Shown in pieces: positions 13,729 through 25,688 of a stretch of DNA of 64,000 nucleotides (within the stretch, counting starts at the first letter, position 1; every line of letters starts with the position of its first letter). The stretch is from Okamejei kenojei (lineage: Eukaryota). Position numbers and translations under genes: made by a program. A model generated the notes under the pieces. It worked only from the letters and a program-made list of their open reading frames with translations. It searched no databases and had not been told where the DNA came from. Where the stretch lies: positions 7,192,001-7,256,000 of the forward strand of contig CM069142.1 of the NCBI GenBank assembly GCA_035221665.1. Direction: 5' to 3'.

Positions 13729-13835
13729 TCAACACCAGATTGTGATTGGAATAAAGATGATCAGCAAAAACACAATTGCCAAGGCAGCAAGTCCATAATG
13801 CTTGTGGTTGGGACTTTCCTCAAATGATGCCGGGT
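13729..13835 (-). CDS. HHLA2: HHLA2-like terminal TM exon (DPASFEESPNHKHYGLAALAIVFLLIIFIPITIWC*)
   Basis: tttcag| phase-1 acceptor, in frame with the IgV2 exon. About 20 hydrophobic residues followed by TGA. Confidence 0.7.
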
Positions 13836-15108
13836 CTGAAATTTGAACAAAAGACATTCTTAGCACAGATCAGAGAATTTACATAAAAAGATCCAACAAT
13901 AGTAGAGAATTAAAAAAAAAATTTAAACTACAAATCAAGAATAAATGCAGCAAAACTACTTTAATGACTGAGCGTTCCCTCAAAACAAAACTTGGGCAGT
14001 TTGTGTTCCAGCTTTTCAATTATTATTATTTTTTTAATACACAGAATTTGGTTAGTTGTTCCTCAATAAATGGTTTTAAAATACATTTAATAACGTTCTC
14101 AGCTTATATTTTTGTAAGGCCATTATCGCCTGATGTAATCATTACTAATTACAATAATTTGTTTATTTAATACTGTCCATTCACCCAGTGAAAAAGACTG
14201 CAAACTGATGTTAGATTTTATGGATCTCCATTTGAATGTACTCTCTAGTCTTCGTGGGAATAAAGGAAAGCTTTATTAAGTGATAATTAAACTGAATAAT
14301 TATACTGAATCACCTTTGCATTGAAGATTGCTGAAGTGAATCTTCACTAAGCAGCGGGAGATCTGTGGGAGAATAAGGAAGTGGTTGAAAAGGGCCGGTC
14401 TAGCCAGGTTTGGTTGCCACCAGCAATAAATGTGAATCTCACCTGTACCCTTCACATCCCACTCCTAGAAGGGAAATGCAGAGGTGGGAAGTGATAGGGG
14501 GTGATATGGTTGAGCCAGAGTGGATGAGGAGCAAAGGTGAATCAGGAACGGATCAGGAGGTGGGATGGATCAGGAGAGAGGGTGGACACAATGCTGGAGT
14601 AACTCAGCGGGACAGGCAGCATGTCTGCAGAGAAGGAATTGGAGAAGGAATTGGAGACGGAATTTGCACTTCGGAAGGGTTTCGACCCGAAACGTCACCC
14701 ATTCCTTCTCTCCAGATATGCAGCCTGTCCCGCTGAATTACTCCAGCATTTTGTGTCCACCTTCGATTTAAAGCAGCATCTGCAGTTCTTTCCTGGGGTG
14801 GAAGATTACAACCTTCACATGGTCCGCCCTGTTTCAACCCGGCATGCACAATCAAATAAGAACAAGTTGTCCTATAACTTTAGGCTGTGCACGCCATACG
14901 CAAGAAGAAGAGGTTCTTTCCTACACAAGGAGTGAGAGTGGATCAGGAGTTATGGTGGATTAAGAGCAATAGTAGATCAGGAGCCAGAATGGTTCAGGAG
15001 TGGGGGTGGATCTTTTTTTATGCTTCCCAGATGGTAACAAGTTTCACTTTCTTCAACATAGCTGAGTATTCTGGAGCAGTGCTTGTTTTGTAGACAATTA
15101 GGGGCATA

Positions 15109-16577
15109 TCTATCTTTATCTTTATACTTATAAAACTCTGATCTTGTATGTGGATGCATTTGTGTGTGTGTGTGATGCTTGTCTGCGATTCTCATCTCCT
15201 CGAAAACACGACGTGCTAACCGTGAAATGTTTATATATTCCGATAAAGATTCATGCCATGATGTCAAAAATCACCTAATCTAAAAATGTGATGCTTTATT
15301 ACTTGAGTAATTTATTAAATTATTGAGCCATTTATCACAAATCTGAAATATTTTATAAATTTAATGAGCTGATGACGTCACAATGGCTCTGCTCCTCGCG
15401 GCCCACTGCGCACTGTTTTCAATGTACAGCTTGGTGGGGACGTTTTCCCATGCGCTGCGAGTTACGTCACCGCCCCCCCCCACCCCCCCCCCACCCCCCC
15501 CCCCCCCCCCGACTTGCAGTCATTTGGTCGGCGCCCACTCGCAGTTCACTCGCACTCAGCCGGCCGCAGCGCCCCCGCCCTGCTCGTAGCCCAGCCGACG
15601 CCCCCCCCCCCCCCAACCCGGCCTCTGGATTGAAGCCCCTGAACACACAGTAATTTGTTGGGCTTCCGAGGTCCTGAGCTCTCCCGAGGCCAGCCTCTCG
15701 CTCGCAGTTGGCCCCACCTGCTCAGTGTCCGTGCCACCCACTCGCCGAGTTCGTCCGCCCTCTCACTCTTTCTCTCCCCCTCCCCACCCTCCCCCCACCT
15801 CTCCCCCTCCTCTCCCACACTCCCTCTCCCACTACCCCCTCCCCCCTCCACTTCCTCCCCACTGCCCCTCCCCTTCCCCCCCTCCCCTCTCCCCTCCCTC
15901 ATTCCCTCACCCCCCCCTCTCTAACCCCCTCTCCCCCTGCCTCCAATCCCCCTCTATCTCTGTCCCTGCCCCTCCCTCTCTAGATGTGCCTGCAAGGTGG
16001 GGGCTATGCATCAGTGGATAGGGCGGGGATGGGGTAAAATGAGCCAATTAATAATATTAATATAATATCAAGGGGTGTGGTTAGTGTGGGGGGAGGGGGG
16101 GTTTAGTGTGCGGGGGTGGGGGGGGATGTTTAGTGTGTGTGTGTGATGCCGCAGGCTGCCCCTCCTCCCTCAACCGTCCGTTGAGTGGACGAGACCCAAC
16201 GGGTCCCCCTTGGTCTTGTATGCTTATGGAAAACTCTGATCTGGATGTTTGTGTATTTATTTGTATGTGTATTTGTGCGTGTGTGTGTGTATTTGTTCCA
16301 CTGCGTTTCGCATCTTGAAAACATGACGCGCTAACGGTGAAATGTTTACATATTCGGATAGAGATTTCCGCCATAAATGTTAAAACTCGCCTAATCTTAA
16401 AATTTGATGCATTATTTCCCGAGTTATTTATGAAAATGTGCACAAATGTGCTGAAACAGAAACAATAACTGCTTTTCCACCTGCTTTTCCATTGTTGCTA
16501 TCCAAGTACACGGAGTTCTGCTCGTGGGAGACCAGGCCTCCCGTGGGACAGGGACCAATGGGTCCCACTTGGTCTAG
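15109..16577 (+). mobile_element. Non-autonomous Helitron-like element (two tandem units)
   Basis: A|TC start and CTAG|T end with a subterminal gggacc/ggtccc hairpin, no TSD. Internal duplicated unit (aaaactctgatct at about 15132 and 16229). Confidence 0.7.
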
Positions 16578-16777
16578 TATCAATTAAAAATTGAGCTACA
16601 TTTGTCAACAATATTTTTCAATCAGTATAATCCCCTCATCTGTTTTTATTTTGTGAACCATTAATTTCTAATTTAGTCATAGAACAATGAAGCAGGTCCT
16701 TCGGCCCAACTCATCCATGCTGACCGTGATGCCCCATCTAAGCTCGTCCCATTTGCCCACTTTTGCCCCATATCCCT

Positions 16778-16911
16778 CTAATCCCTTCCTGTGTCCATAA
16801 AATGAACAACTAAAAAGTATAATATCAACAATGTTACAAATTCAAATGCTAAGAATGTGAATATCTGGCTTTTAACTGTTCCCAGGGGCTGGTTTGGTGC
16901 ACCAATGTGTA
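16778..16911 (-). CDS. Possible alternative HHLA2 terminal hydrophobic exon (VHIGAPNQPLGTVKSQIFTFLAFEFVTLLILYFLVVHFMDTGRD*)
   Basis: tttctataccag| phase-1 acceptor in frame. Hydrophobic stretch. The stop is supplied by an adjacent CR1-tail fragment. Confidence 0.3.
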
Positions 16912-16999
16912 CTGGTATAGAAACACTTCTGTTCTGGAGGATGAACAGCAAAGACTCAACCACCCACTAGCACTACTGCTCAGGACCAACTTCTACCCT

Positions 17000-17275
17000 T
17001 TAGTTTGTTTGGAGATAGGGCTGGAAAACAGGCCCTTCGGCCCATCGAATCCACGTTGACCGCCCATACACTAGCACTATCCTACACACTAGGGACGACT
17101 TACAGCAGCCGATTAACCTACAAACCTGCAGGTCTTTGGGATGGGGGAGGAAACCGGAGAAATCCCACAGGGGAGAATGTGCAAACTCCGTACAGGCAGC
17201 ACCCGAGATCAGAATCGATCCTGGGTCTATGGCGTTGTGAGGCAGCAGCTCTACCGCTGCGCCACTGTGTCGTCC
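17000..17275 (-). mobile_element. tRNA-derived V-SINE (HE1-like)
   Basis: Antisense copy of the SINE at 34728-35035. Confidence 0.65.
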
Positions 17276-17376
17276 TTGTTTCCCACGTTTTATCGTATCG
17301 TTACGTTTAGTTCAACTAAAGGTTCGGCGCTCCTTGAAATGTTGAGAATGAAGCACACAGACGTGTGACGGCCTAC

Positions 17377-17682
17377 CTATTTGTAGTACGTTGGTGAATA
17401 TTTGCAACACATCTCGGGTCCTGATTTCACAGATATATTCTCCAGCATCCTCCAGCCTTGCATGGCCCAGTTGAAGTGTGGAAGAGTTCTGGGTGTTTAT
17501 CACTTCCACTCGCTCCTCACAACCTGAATCACCAGCATGCTGGGGCGCTGATTCACACAGTACTGCCAAGGAAGAGGTTTCTGAGTTCCTAAAACTCCAT
17601 TTAATTGTCAAATCTTGATCATTGCTAGGGGGATATTGGCAATGAAAGGCAGCAGGATGAGTCTCATTTGCTTTCAATGTGT
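17377..17682 (-). CDS. HHLA2: HHLA2-like membrane-proximal IgV exon
   Basis: tttaag|...g|gtaggc, 306 nt, phase 1-1. C...W...LQL...LEDAGEYICEI V-set signature. Confidence 0.85.
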
Positions 17683-19004
17683 CTTAAAAAAAATAAACAA
17701 AAACATGTAATGTTTTACATGAAACACAGTAAACTCTTTGACGTGAGATCTCACAAGGACACAAAGTGGTGGAGTAACTCAGCGGGTGAGGCAGCATCTG
17801 TGGAGAACAGGGATAGGTCACGCTTCGGAGAGGGAATATTCGTTAGATTCTGTTCTCCAGAGATGCTGAGTTATTCCAGCGCTTTGTGTCCTTTTGTTTA
17901 TTAACCAGCATCTGCATTTCCTCGTTTCCAATACTTGGAATGGAATAGAATCTCTTTGTTTTCCTGAGCTGTGGAAGGGACTGGTACCACTTTGGGTGCT
18001 GGTGAATGTACATATAACAAAGCCAGTGATTGTTTAACACACAGGAAGCGATGCAGCTAGCCTGTATTCCAAAGCAGGGAAAATCCATCACTTGTATCTA
18101 CACATTATATGGTGTATTGAAATGTCCGACACATTCAGAATCATTTATACCATCTGCCAGGACCCGGGGGCCTGAGCTACAGGGAGAGGTTGGGCAGGCT
18201 AGGACTTTATTCCCTGGAGCGCAGGTGGCTGAGGGGTGATCTTATAGAGGTGTAAAAAAATCATGAGGGGAATAGATGGGATAAATGCACCTGTTTTACC
18301 CTGAGTAGCGGACTCAAGAACCCGAGGACCTGGGTTTAAGGTGAGAGGGCAACGATTTAATAGGAACCTGAGGGGCAACTTTTTCACCCACAGGAGGATA
18401 GGTATGTGGAACGAGCTGCCAGAGGAGGCAGGTACTATAACAACATTTAAAAGACATTTAGACGGGCATGGATGGGAAATGTTTAGAGGGATAAGGGCCA
18501 AACGGGTTGGTGGGACTAGTGTAGATGGCTTATCTGGGTCGGCATGGACAAGTTGGGCCTAAGGGCCTTTTTCCGTGCTGGATGAGTCTCAGAAGGGTTG
18601 GTGAAATGAACATAGACACCAGAAACTGCAGATGTTGGTTTACAAAAATAGACACAAAGTGCTCAGCAGGTCAGGCAGCAGCACCTCTGGGGAACATGGA
18701 TAGGTGACATTTCGGCTCTGAGGAAGTGACCTGAATTTTCTGGTGAAATTCCAACGTGGCAGACACTTTGGGGGGAAGTGTGGACAGAGAACTGCTGGCA
18801 TTTTATATCAAATTCTGGCCCAAATCACTTCATGTCATGGGTTTGCATGGTACTCCAGTCAGCAATGTAATAGACATCACCCTGCAGGAAATGATAGGAA
18901 TCAAAATAATCCAGGGGCCAGATCCAGCTCAGTTAAGGTGTTCTGTAGTAAAATCATCGAACAATGGGAATAGGTTAAGGTGGGAACTTGCGAACAAGTC
19001 TATC

Positions 19005-19935
19005 GGCATGTGTACAAAGGAACTGCAGATGCTGGTTTAAACCGAAGATAGACACAAAATGCTGGAGTAACTCAGCGGGACAGGCAGCATCTCTGGAGAG
19101 AAGGAATGGGTGTGGTGTCGGGTCGAAACCTGTCTTCAGACTGAGTCACGGGAAAGGGAATCGAGTGATATAGATGGTTTTGTGGAGAGATATAGAACAA
19201 TGAATGAAAGATATGCAAAAAAGTAGCGATGATAAAGGAAACAGGTCATTGTTGGCTGTTTGTTTGGTGAGAATAAATTACAGACAGTGAGACTCAGCAA
19301 GACGACTTTAAAGCTGGTACGACTTGGGTGGGGGAGGGATGGAGAGGGAGGGAATGCAGGGGTTACTTCAAGCTGGAGAAATCAATATTCATACCGAAGA
19401 TACACTCAAAATGCTAGAGTAACTGAGCGGGACAGGCAGCATCTATGGAGAGACGGAATGGGCGACCTTTCGGGTCGAGACCCTTCTTCAGGCTGATATC
19501 AGGGTAGGGACAGGGGTAGAATGTAGTCGGAGGCAGTAAGACTGGGAAGGGGGAGCAGATGGAGAGAGAGGGAAAGCAAGGGTTATTTGAAGTTAGATAA
19601 GTCAATATTCATACCGCTGGGTAAGCTACCCAAGCGAAATATGAGGTGCTGTTCCTCCAATTTGCGCTGGGCCTCTGACAATGGAGGAGGCCCAGGACAG
19701 AAAGGTCAGTTTGGGAATGGTAGGGGGGGTTAAAGTGCTGAGCCACTGGGAGATCAGGTAGGTTAAGGCGGACTGAGCGGAGGTGTTCAGCGAAACGATC
19801 ACCGAGCCTGCGCTTGGACTCGCTGATGTGCAGGAGTTGACACCTGGGACAGCGGATACAGTCGATGAGGTTGGAGGAGGTGCAAGTGAACCTCTGCCTC
19901 ACCTGGGAAGACTGTCGGGGTCCTTGGACGGACAT
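19005..19935 (-). mobile_element. Penelope-like element fragments (GIY-YIG region and tandem terminal repeats)
   Basis: ORF 19609-20022: FTCTSSNLIDCIRCPRC...KRRLGDRFAEHLRSV...VAQHFN. Confidence 0.85.
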
Positions 19936-20099
19936 CTTGGCATCATCACTTAATTTGACATGAGTTTGAATGACAGAAACTGCTACAGATGCAAGCACAG
20001 TATACAGTCTATCCAGTATCACCTTCTATCCAGTTAACCATGATCACAGACTGGAAGAAAGGATGGCCAGGTCTCCTGTAATTTATCCTTTATCATTAC

Positions 20100-20384
20100 C
20101 TTGCATTTTCCAGGATGCAGTCCAAGACTTTTGCAATCGTTCATTCCTTATGGTGCACTCGTACATTGTCCTTGACGTATTATCAGCCTTCAGAATGCTT
20201 TCCACGTTGTGAAGACCTTCCGAGTCAATAGTGTTACTTGATATTGCATTATTAGTTAGGTCGATCCCATTCTCATCGTGCCATGTTATTAACGGCTGTG
20301 GATAAACACCCATCACACCACAGGAGATGTTGACCTCAGCATGCAGCGTGTTTGGGGGCGAAAATGTCAGGTTCTTACTGTCAC
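20100..20384 (-). CDS. HHLA2: HHLA2-like IgC (B7-type) exon
   Basis: ttccag|...g|gtaatg, 285 nt, phase 1-1. ISCGVMGVYPQPLITW...YECTIRN...SWTASWKM is typical of the B7/HHLA2 C domain. Confidence 0.88.
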
Positions 20385-20734
20385 CTGGAAGGAAGCAATA
20401 ACCCACTCAATCCTTAGACAATGGAGCTGTCTCTAGATACACAGACGGCAATCAACATGTGGAGAGATAACAAGCTGCCACTTCACTTTCAGCTCCTTTA
20501 GTTTAGTTTAGTTTAGTTTAGTTTAGAGATACAGCATTGAAGCAGTTCCTTCGGCCCACCAAGTCCACACCAGTTCTATGTTATTCCACTTTCCCATCCA
20601 CTCTACACACTGGGGGCAACTTACAGAGGGCCAATGAACCTACAAACCCGCACCTCTTTGTGATGTGGGAGGAATCCGGACCCGGGGGAAATCCACAAGG
20701 TCACAGTTTAGCCTCACTCTGACTATGGAGGAGA

Positions 20735-22140
20735 TCGAGGACAGAAAGTGTCCAGCAACCGGGAGATCAGGTAGGTTCAGGCGGGCTGAGCGAAGGCGTT
20801 CCGCGAAACCATCGTCCAGTCTGCGTTTGGTCTCACCGATGTATAAGAGTCCACATCTTGAGCAACAGATACAGTAGATGAGGTTGGAGGAGGTGCAAGT
20901 GAACCTCTGCCTATCCTGAAAGGACAGTCAGGGTCCCTACACAGAGTCGAGGGAGGAGGTATCGCAACAGGTGTTGCATCTCCTGCGGTTGCAGGGGAAG
21001 GTACCTGGGGAGGGGGTGGTTTGGGTGGGAAGGGATGAGTTAACCAGGGAGTTGCGGAGGGAACGGTCTCTACGGAAGGCAGAAAGGGGTGGAGATGGGA
21101 AAATGTGGCTAGTGGTGGGATCCGACTGGAGGTGACGAAAATGTCGGAGGATTATGTATCTATGTGACGGCTGTTGGTGTGAAAGGTTAAGGGGACTCTG
21201 TTGTGACTAGGGGGAGGGGGAGCAAGGGCAGAGCTATGGGGTACCGAGGAGACATGAATGAGGGCCTCATCTATGATGGGAGAGGGGAATCCTAAAGAAT
21301 GAGGACATCTCGGATGTCCTGGTATGGAACACCTCATCTTGGGCACAGATGCTGCGTAGACGGAGGAATTTGGAGTAGGGGATAGAATCTTTGCAGGAAA
21401 CAAGGTGGGAAGAAGTGTAGTCAAGATAGTTGTGGGAGTCAGTGGGTTTGTAATAGACTTCAGTCGATAGTCTATCTCCTGTGATGGTGACTGTGAGATG
21501 AAGAAAGGGGAGGTAGGTGTCAGAAATCGGTGGTGCATGGGTGCAGGAGGTAGCACCGATGCAAGCATCAATTTAACGGAGATAGAGTTCGGGGATAGGG
21601 TCAGTGTACGTCTGGAACAGGGATTGTTCAACGTACCCTACAAAGAGGCAGGCATAGCTGGGGCCCATGCGGGTGCCCATAGCTACGCCTTGGGCTTGGA
21701 GGAAGTGGGAGGATCGAAGGAGTTGTTAAGGATGAGGACCAGCTCCGCTAGGCGGAGGAGAATGTTAGTAGAGGGAAATTTGCTGGTTCTGCTATCGAGG
21801 AAGACACGGAAGGCCTTAAGGCCTTCCTGGTGGGGGATGGAGGTGTAGAGTTACTGAAAGTCCGTAGTAAAGATGAGGGAGTGGGAACTCGGAAAGCAGA
21901 AGTAATTGAAGAGACAAAGACTGTGTGAGGTGTCTTGGACATAGGTCGGGATGGATTGGACCAGGGGGGGATAGGATGGAGTCGAGGTACGTGGAAATTA
22001 TTTCAGTGGGACAGGAGCAGGCAGAAACAATGGGTCTGCCAGGGCAGTTGTGTTTATGGATTTTGGGGAGAAGGTAAAACTGGGCCACGTGGGGCTGGGG
22101 AACGATAAGGTTGGAGGCTGTGGAAGGCAAACATCCAGAA
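20735..22140 (-). mobile_element. Penelope-like element, degenerate RT plus GIY-YIG
   Basis: [26 protein letters not shown] motif. Frameshifted RT continues into the endonuclease. Confidence 0.85.
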
Positions 22141-22459
22141 GGTTAGTAGAGGGAAATTGAATGAGGAGCCAACGGAGGGCTTTAAGGCCTTCCCTTTAGA
22201 TATAAATACAATCAAGTCTACCTCGAGTACAACAGGCAGAGCAAAGGTTCAGAATATAGTTCTCAGCATTGTAGCGCACCGTTCCAGAGACAAAGTCCAA
22301 CGTCCGCAATGGGGTAGAGGTGAATCGGACAGTGCCCTAGCTTATGGAAGGACCGTTCAGAAGCCTGATAGCAGAGGGGAAGAAGCTGTTTATTCAGAGG
22401 GGGTAGGGTGTGATAAATAAATAAAAGATTAAGGTGAGGCATTTTGAGAGCTGGATGGG

Positions 22460-22536
22460 CTGACATGGTACAATGTGTGCAGCAGTAACTGGATGTGGGG
22501 ATGCCAGTTACTGCTGCACACATTGTACCATGTCAG
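22460..22536. repeat. Perfect 33-bp inverted repeat with 11-nt spacer
   Basis: 22460-22492 is the exact reverse complement of 22504-22536. Confidence 0.95.
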
Positions 22537-24500
22537 GAGGAGGAAGTACTGACACTTTTGAAAAATATAAAAGTCTCCACCTGACAGGATATTCCCTAGG
22601 ACATCAGGACCGTGACAACGGAGGATTCATCGCATTGCGAAAAAGGACCTCGTTCCACGGATAAACTGGAAACATTGGGTAATCACAGTTGAGCCAGAAA
22701 GGCTCCAGTTTCGCAGCACTGACTCAATGTACATCCCTCGGCCCACTGAGTCGGCATTTGCTGAACTACATCTTGTCAAAATAGACATCCCCGTGGAACA
22801 GAGAGATCAGGAATAAACTGTGCACACTATCCTACACACACTAATTTTACATTTTTATACAATTGTTACACCAAGCCAATTAACCTACAAACCTATAAGT
22901 TTTTGGAGTGTGGGAGGAAACCGAAGATCTCGGAGAAAACCCACGGGGAGAACATACAAACTTCGTACATACCCCGTAAGGATCGGCAGCACCCGGGTGA
23001 CTCTACACACACACAGGTGCTGTAGTGTGGGAGGCCGAGCTCGGACACAACCCACGGGAAGAACATCTACCGCTAGTCAGGATCGAACACCCGACGCCAC
23101 CGAGCTACCGAAAAACCGCAAGGAAACGTCCTGCCACCAGGAAAGTAACACAGATGCACGAAAGGGATAGACTAGGGGGATGTTACTGTCTCCAGGGGCA
23201 TGTGCACAAATTGGTCATGGTTAAGATAATGAGAATGAGAACGGATAATGTGCTGGGATGAACGAGATAATACAAGTTGTCATCCACTTGTGGGGTCAGG
23301 GAAAGAGCGTTCACGTCGCGGCCCTGTCTCCACCAATCTGTCCAACCCACCACCACCAGCACACACAAGAAGCGACAACACTCTGGCTGAACAACTTCTA
23401 ATCTTGTGTGTGGACTCGATAAGAAGAGTCCGCACCCGTTTGTTCAGGGTTTAGGAGAAAATTAACCAAATAGAATGTGAAAGCTGGTAATGTTTGACTT
23501 TGATTTGTAAATTATTTTCCAATCTGTTTCAAGTACGATATGCATTATTGGCCCATTTCCGTAAAACAATGAGTCCCAGGGGAAAACAGTCAAGTCATTG
23601 CTTTGCAAATACATTTGCCCCTCCCTGTTTTATTTTGGTGCCAGACAGGAATGAAGAATTGTTACGATGCTTTTTAAATGTTTCACTTTGACAATCTATC
23701 CCCAACCCTTGTACTAACAGCCCACAATCTGTCGTGCCAACTTAATCCTCAAGGAAAGACACAGCTTCCCTGTCCTGGTCTCCCTGGATCTGCTTCCACC
23801 TTTCACGGGAGTAGCGTTGAAAGTTGCATCAGCGCAGCCTGCCTGCCCTTCCACACAACTGCATTGGTGAAGAGCAGCAAGCCAGACTGTGGTCAGTCAG
23901 CTCAGTCTGTGCTGGTCTGGCCCCTACATCTCCCTCCTCAGGGACAGGCAGCATCTCTGGAGAGAAGGAACGGGTGACAGTTTGGGTCGAGACCCTTCCT
24001 CAGACCTTGTTCAGAGCAGTGCTTGTTTTGTAGACAGGAAGGGGCACAAATCAATTAAAAACTTCAGTCTGAAGAAGGGTCTCGATCCGAAAGGTCAGCC
24101 ACTCCTTCTCTCGAGAGATGATGCCTGTCCCGCTGAGTTACTCCAGCATTGTGTGTCTATCTTCAGTGTATGAACCAATATCTGTAGTTCTTTCCTACAC
24201 AGGTACCAACTGAACCTCCCCTGTTCCAGACCCTGCCATATTTTTTATTTAGTTTTACTTTGCTCTGCATTTGGTTTTTTGATCCTTTGTTGAGTACTTA
24301 CAATGAGATTTGTTAACACTCGACTTGGCCGAATAACAGCATTTGACAGGCATTTGTCCAGGTACATGGATAGGAAAGGTTAAGAGGGATATGGGCCAAA
24401 CTCGGGCAGGTGGGATTGGTGTAGATGGGGCATGTTGGTCAGCACGGGCATGTTGGGCAGAAGGGCCTGTTCCCGTGCTGTGTGACGGGATGACTCGAAA

Positions 24501-25105
24501 GGGCCTGTCCCACTTGGCCGTCATTTACGCGTCAGATGTAAAATAGGTCGACGCGTAGTGACGCGTGGGGTGTGCGTGGGTGACACACGCATTGTGCATG
24601 GCGAGGCGTGGAATTGCATGCAGTGGCGTGCGATATCACGCAGCGCTCCAGCATGTCGTAGTGTAACTAAATCCTCGCGCGCCACCTGCGTGACATATCA
24701 CTGACGCATTGGTTGCGCACGCTGATGCATTGGCGTCACACGCTGTATCCCGTGGTGACGCATGGTTACGTCAACGTCCGTAAACATGCGACGCCCTGCG
24801 CCCCCCATACGCAGTCGGCCCGCCTTTTATGCGTCATGTAACCTCTAACCTGGTCCACACAGACCGCTTCCTGGGTTTCTTACTAGCCTTTCTTGTTGTA
24901 CTCCTGCCTGACTGATCTGTCAGTATGAGGGCTGCTGCTAACACAAGTCCCTGTTGTTGCTGTAGCAATAAAATCTGTAGTTCTTCCGTGATGGTCATGA
25001 TGCAGAATAGGGAAGCAGGGTGTTCTAATGACGTCACGACGCGTCCACCTATTTTACATATGACGCATAAATGGGGCGCAAATGACGGCCAAGTGGGACA
25101 GGCCC
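24501..25105 (-). mobile_element. PIF/Harbinger-like non-autonomous element
   Basis: 26-bp perfect TIR gggcctgtcccacttggccgtcattt. Internal remnant ...LAAALIL...KKPRKRSVWTR resembles Harbinger transposase N-termini. Confidence 0.75.
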
Positions 25106-25142
25106 TAAACAGGACTGACAGACATATAAATGAGGTTCTGAC

Positions 25143-25469
25143 CAGCCACTTGCAGGTCCGCGTTGGTCTCCACCTTCCCTCTCGAAGTACTGACGTAACA
25201 CCGGTACAATCTCTCGTCGCGGATGCTGACGGCCGTCAGATGGAGCGATGCATTCCCTCTCGCTATCTCACTGTGGAAGAGTCCCGTCCTTCCCTTGTAG
25301 TGTGGGTCCTGGTTACCCAGCTGATCTGCTCCTCGGTAAAAGCTGTGCACCACCTGGGTGCTTTGGCCCACACTGTACATCCAGTGCAGCACAATCTCCG
25401 GCAGAGGGGCCGGTGGGAATGTGCAGGGCAGCACCACGTCTCTGGAGACAACGGCTACCAAGCTCGGAC
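25143..25469 (-). CDS. HHLA2: HHLA2-like N-terminal IgV exon
   Basis: ttgcag|...g|gtcaga, 327 nt, phase 1-1. DVVLPCTF...VVHSFYRGADQLGNQDPHYKGRTGLFHSEIARGNASL...YRCYVST is the B7-H3/H4/HHLA2-type V signature. V-C-V order and CIP2A linkage point to HHLA2. Confidence 0.9.
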
Positions 25470-25688
25470 CTGCAAGCAAACCGCCACATTGACCGTTACT
25501 AATGGGAAACGTATCGTCCACATCTCCTGCATCAACGAGAGCACGATTCACAGCCATCCGCTTACTTTAGCTCAGAGATACAGCACGGAAACAGGCCCTT
25601 CAGCCCACTGAGCCCATTCCGACCATCGACCACCCATTCACACTCGTTCTATGTTATCCCACTTTCTCACCCACTCCCAACACACTAG

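Noticed and set aside
22600-22820. Short stop-free stretch after the hairpin
   Set aside because: No start codon, splice sites or recognisable homology.
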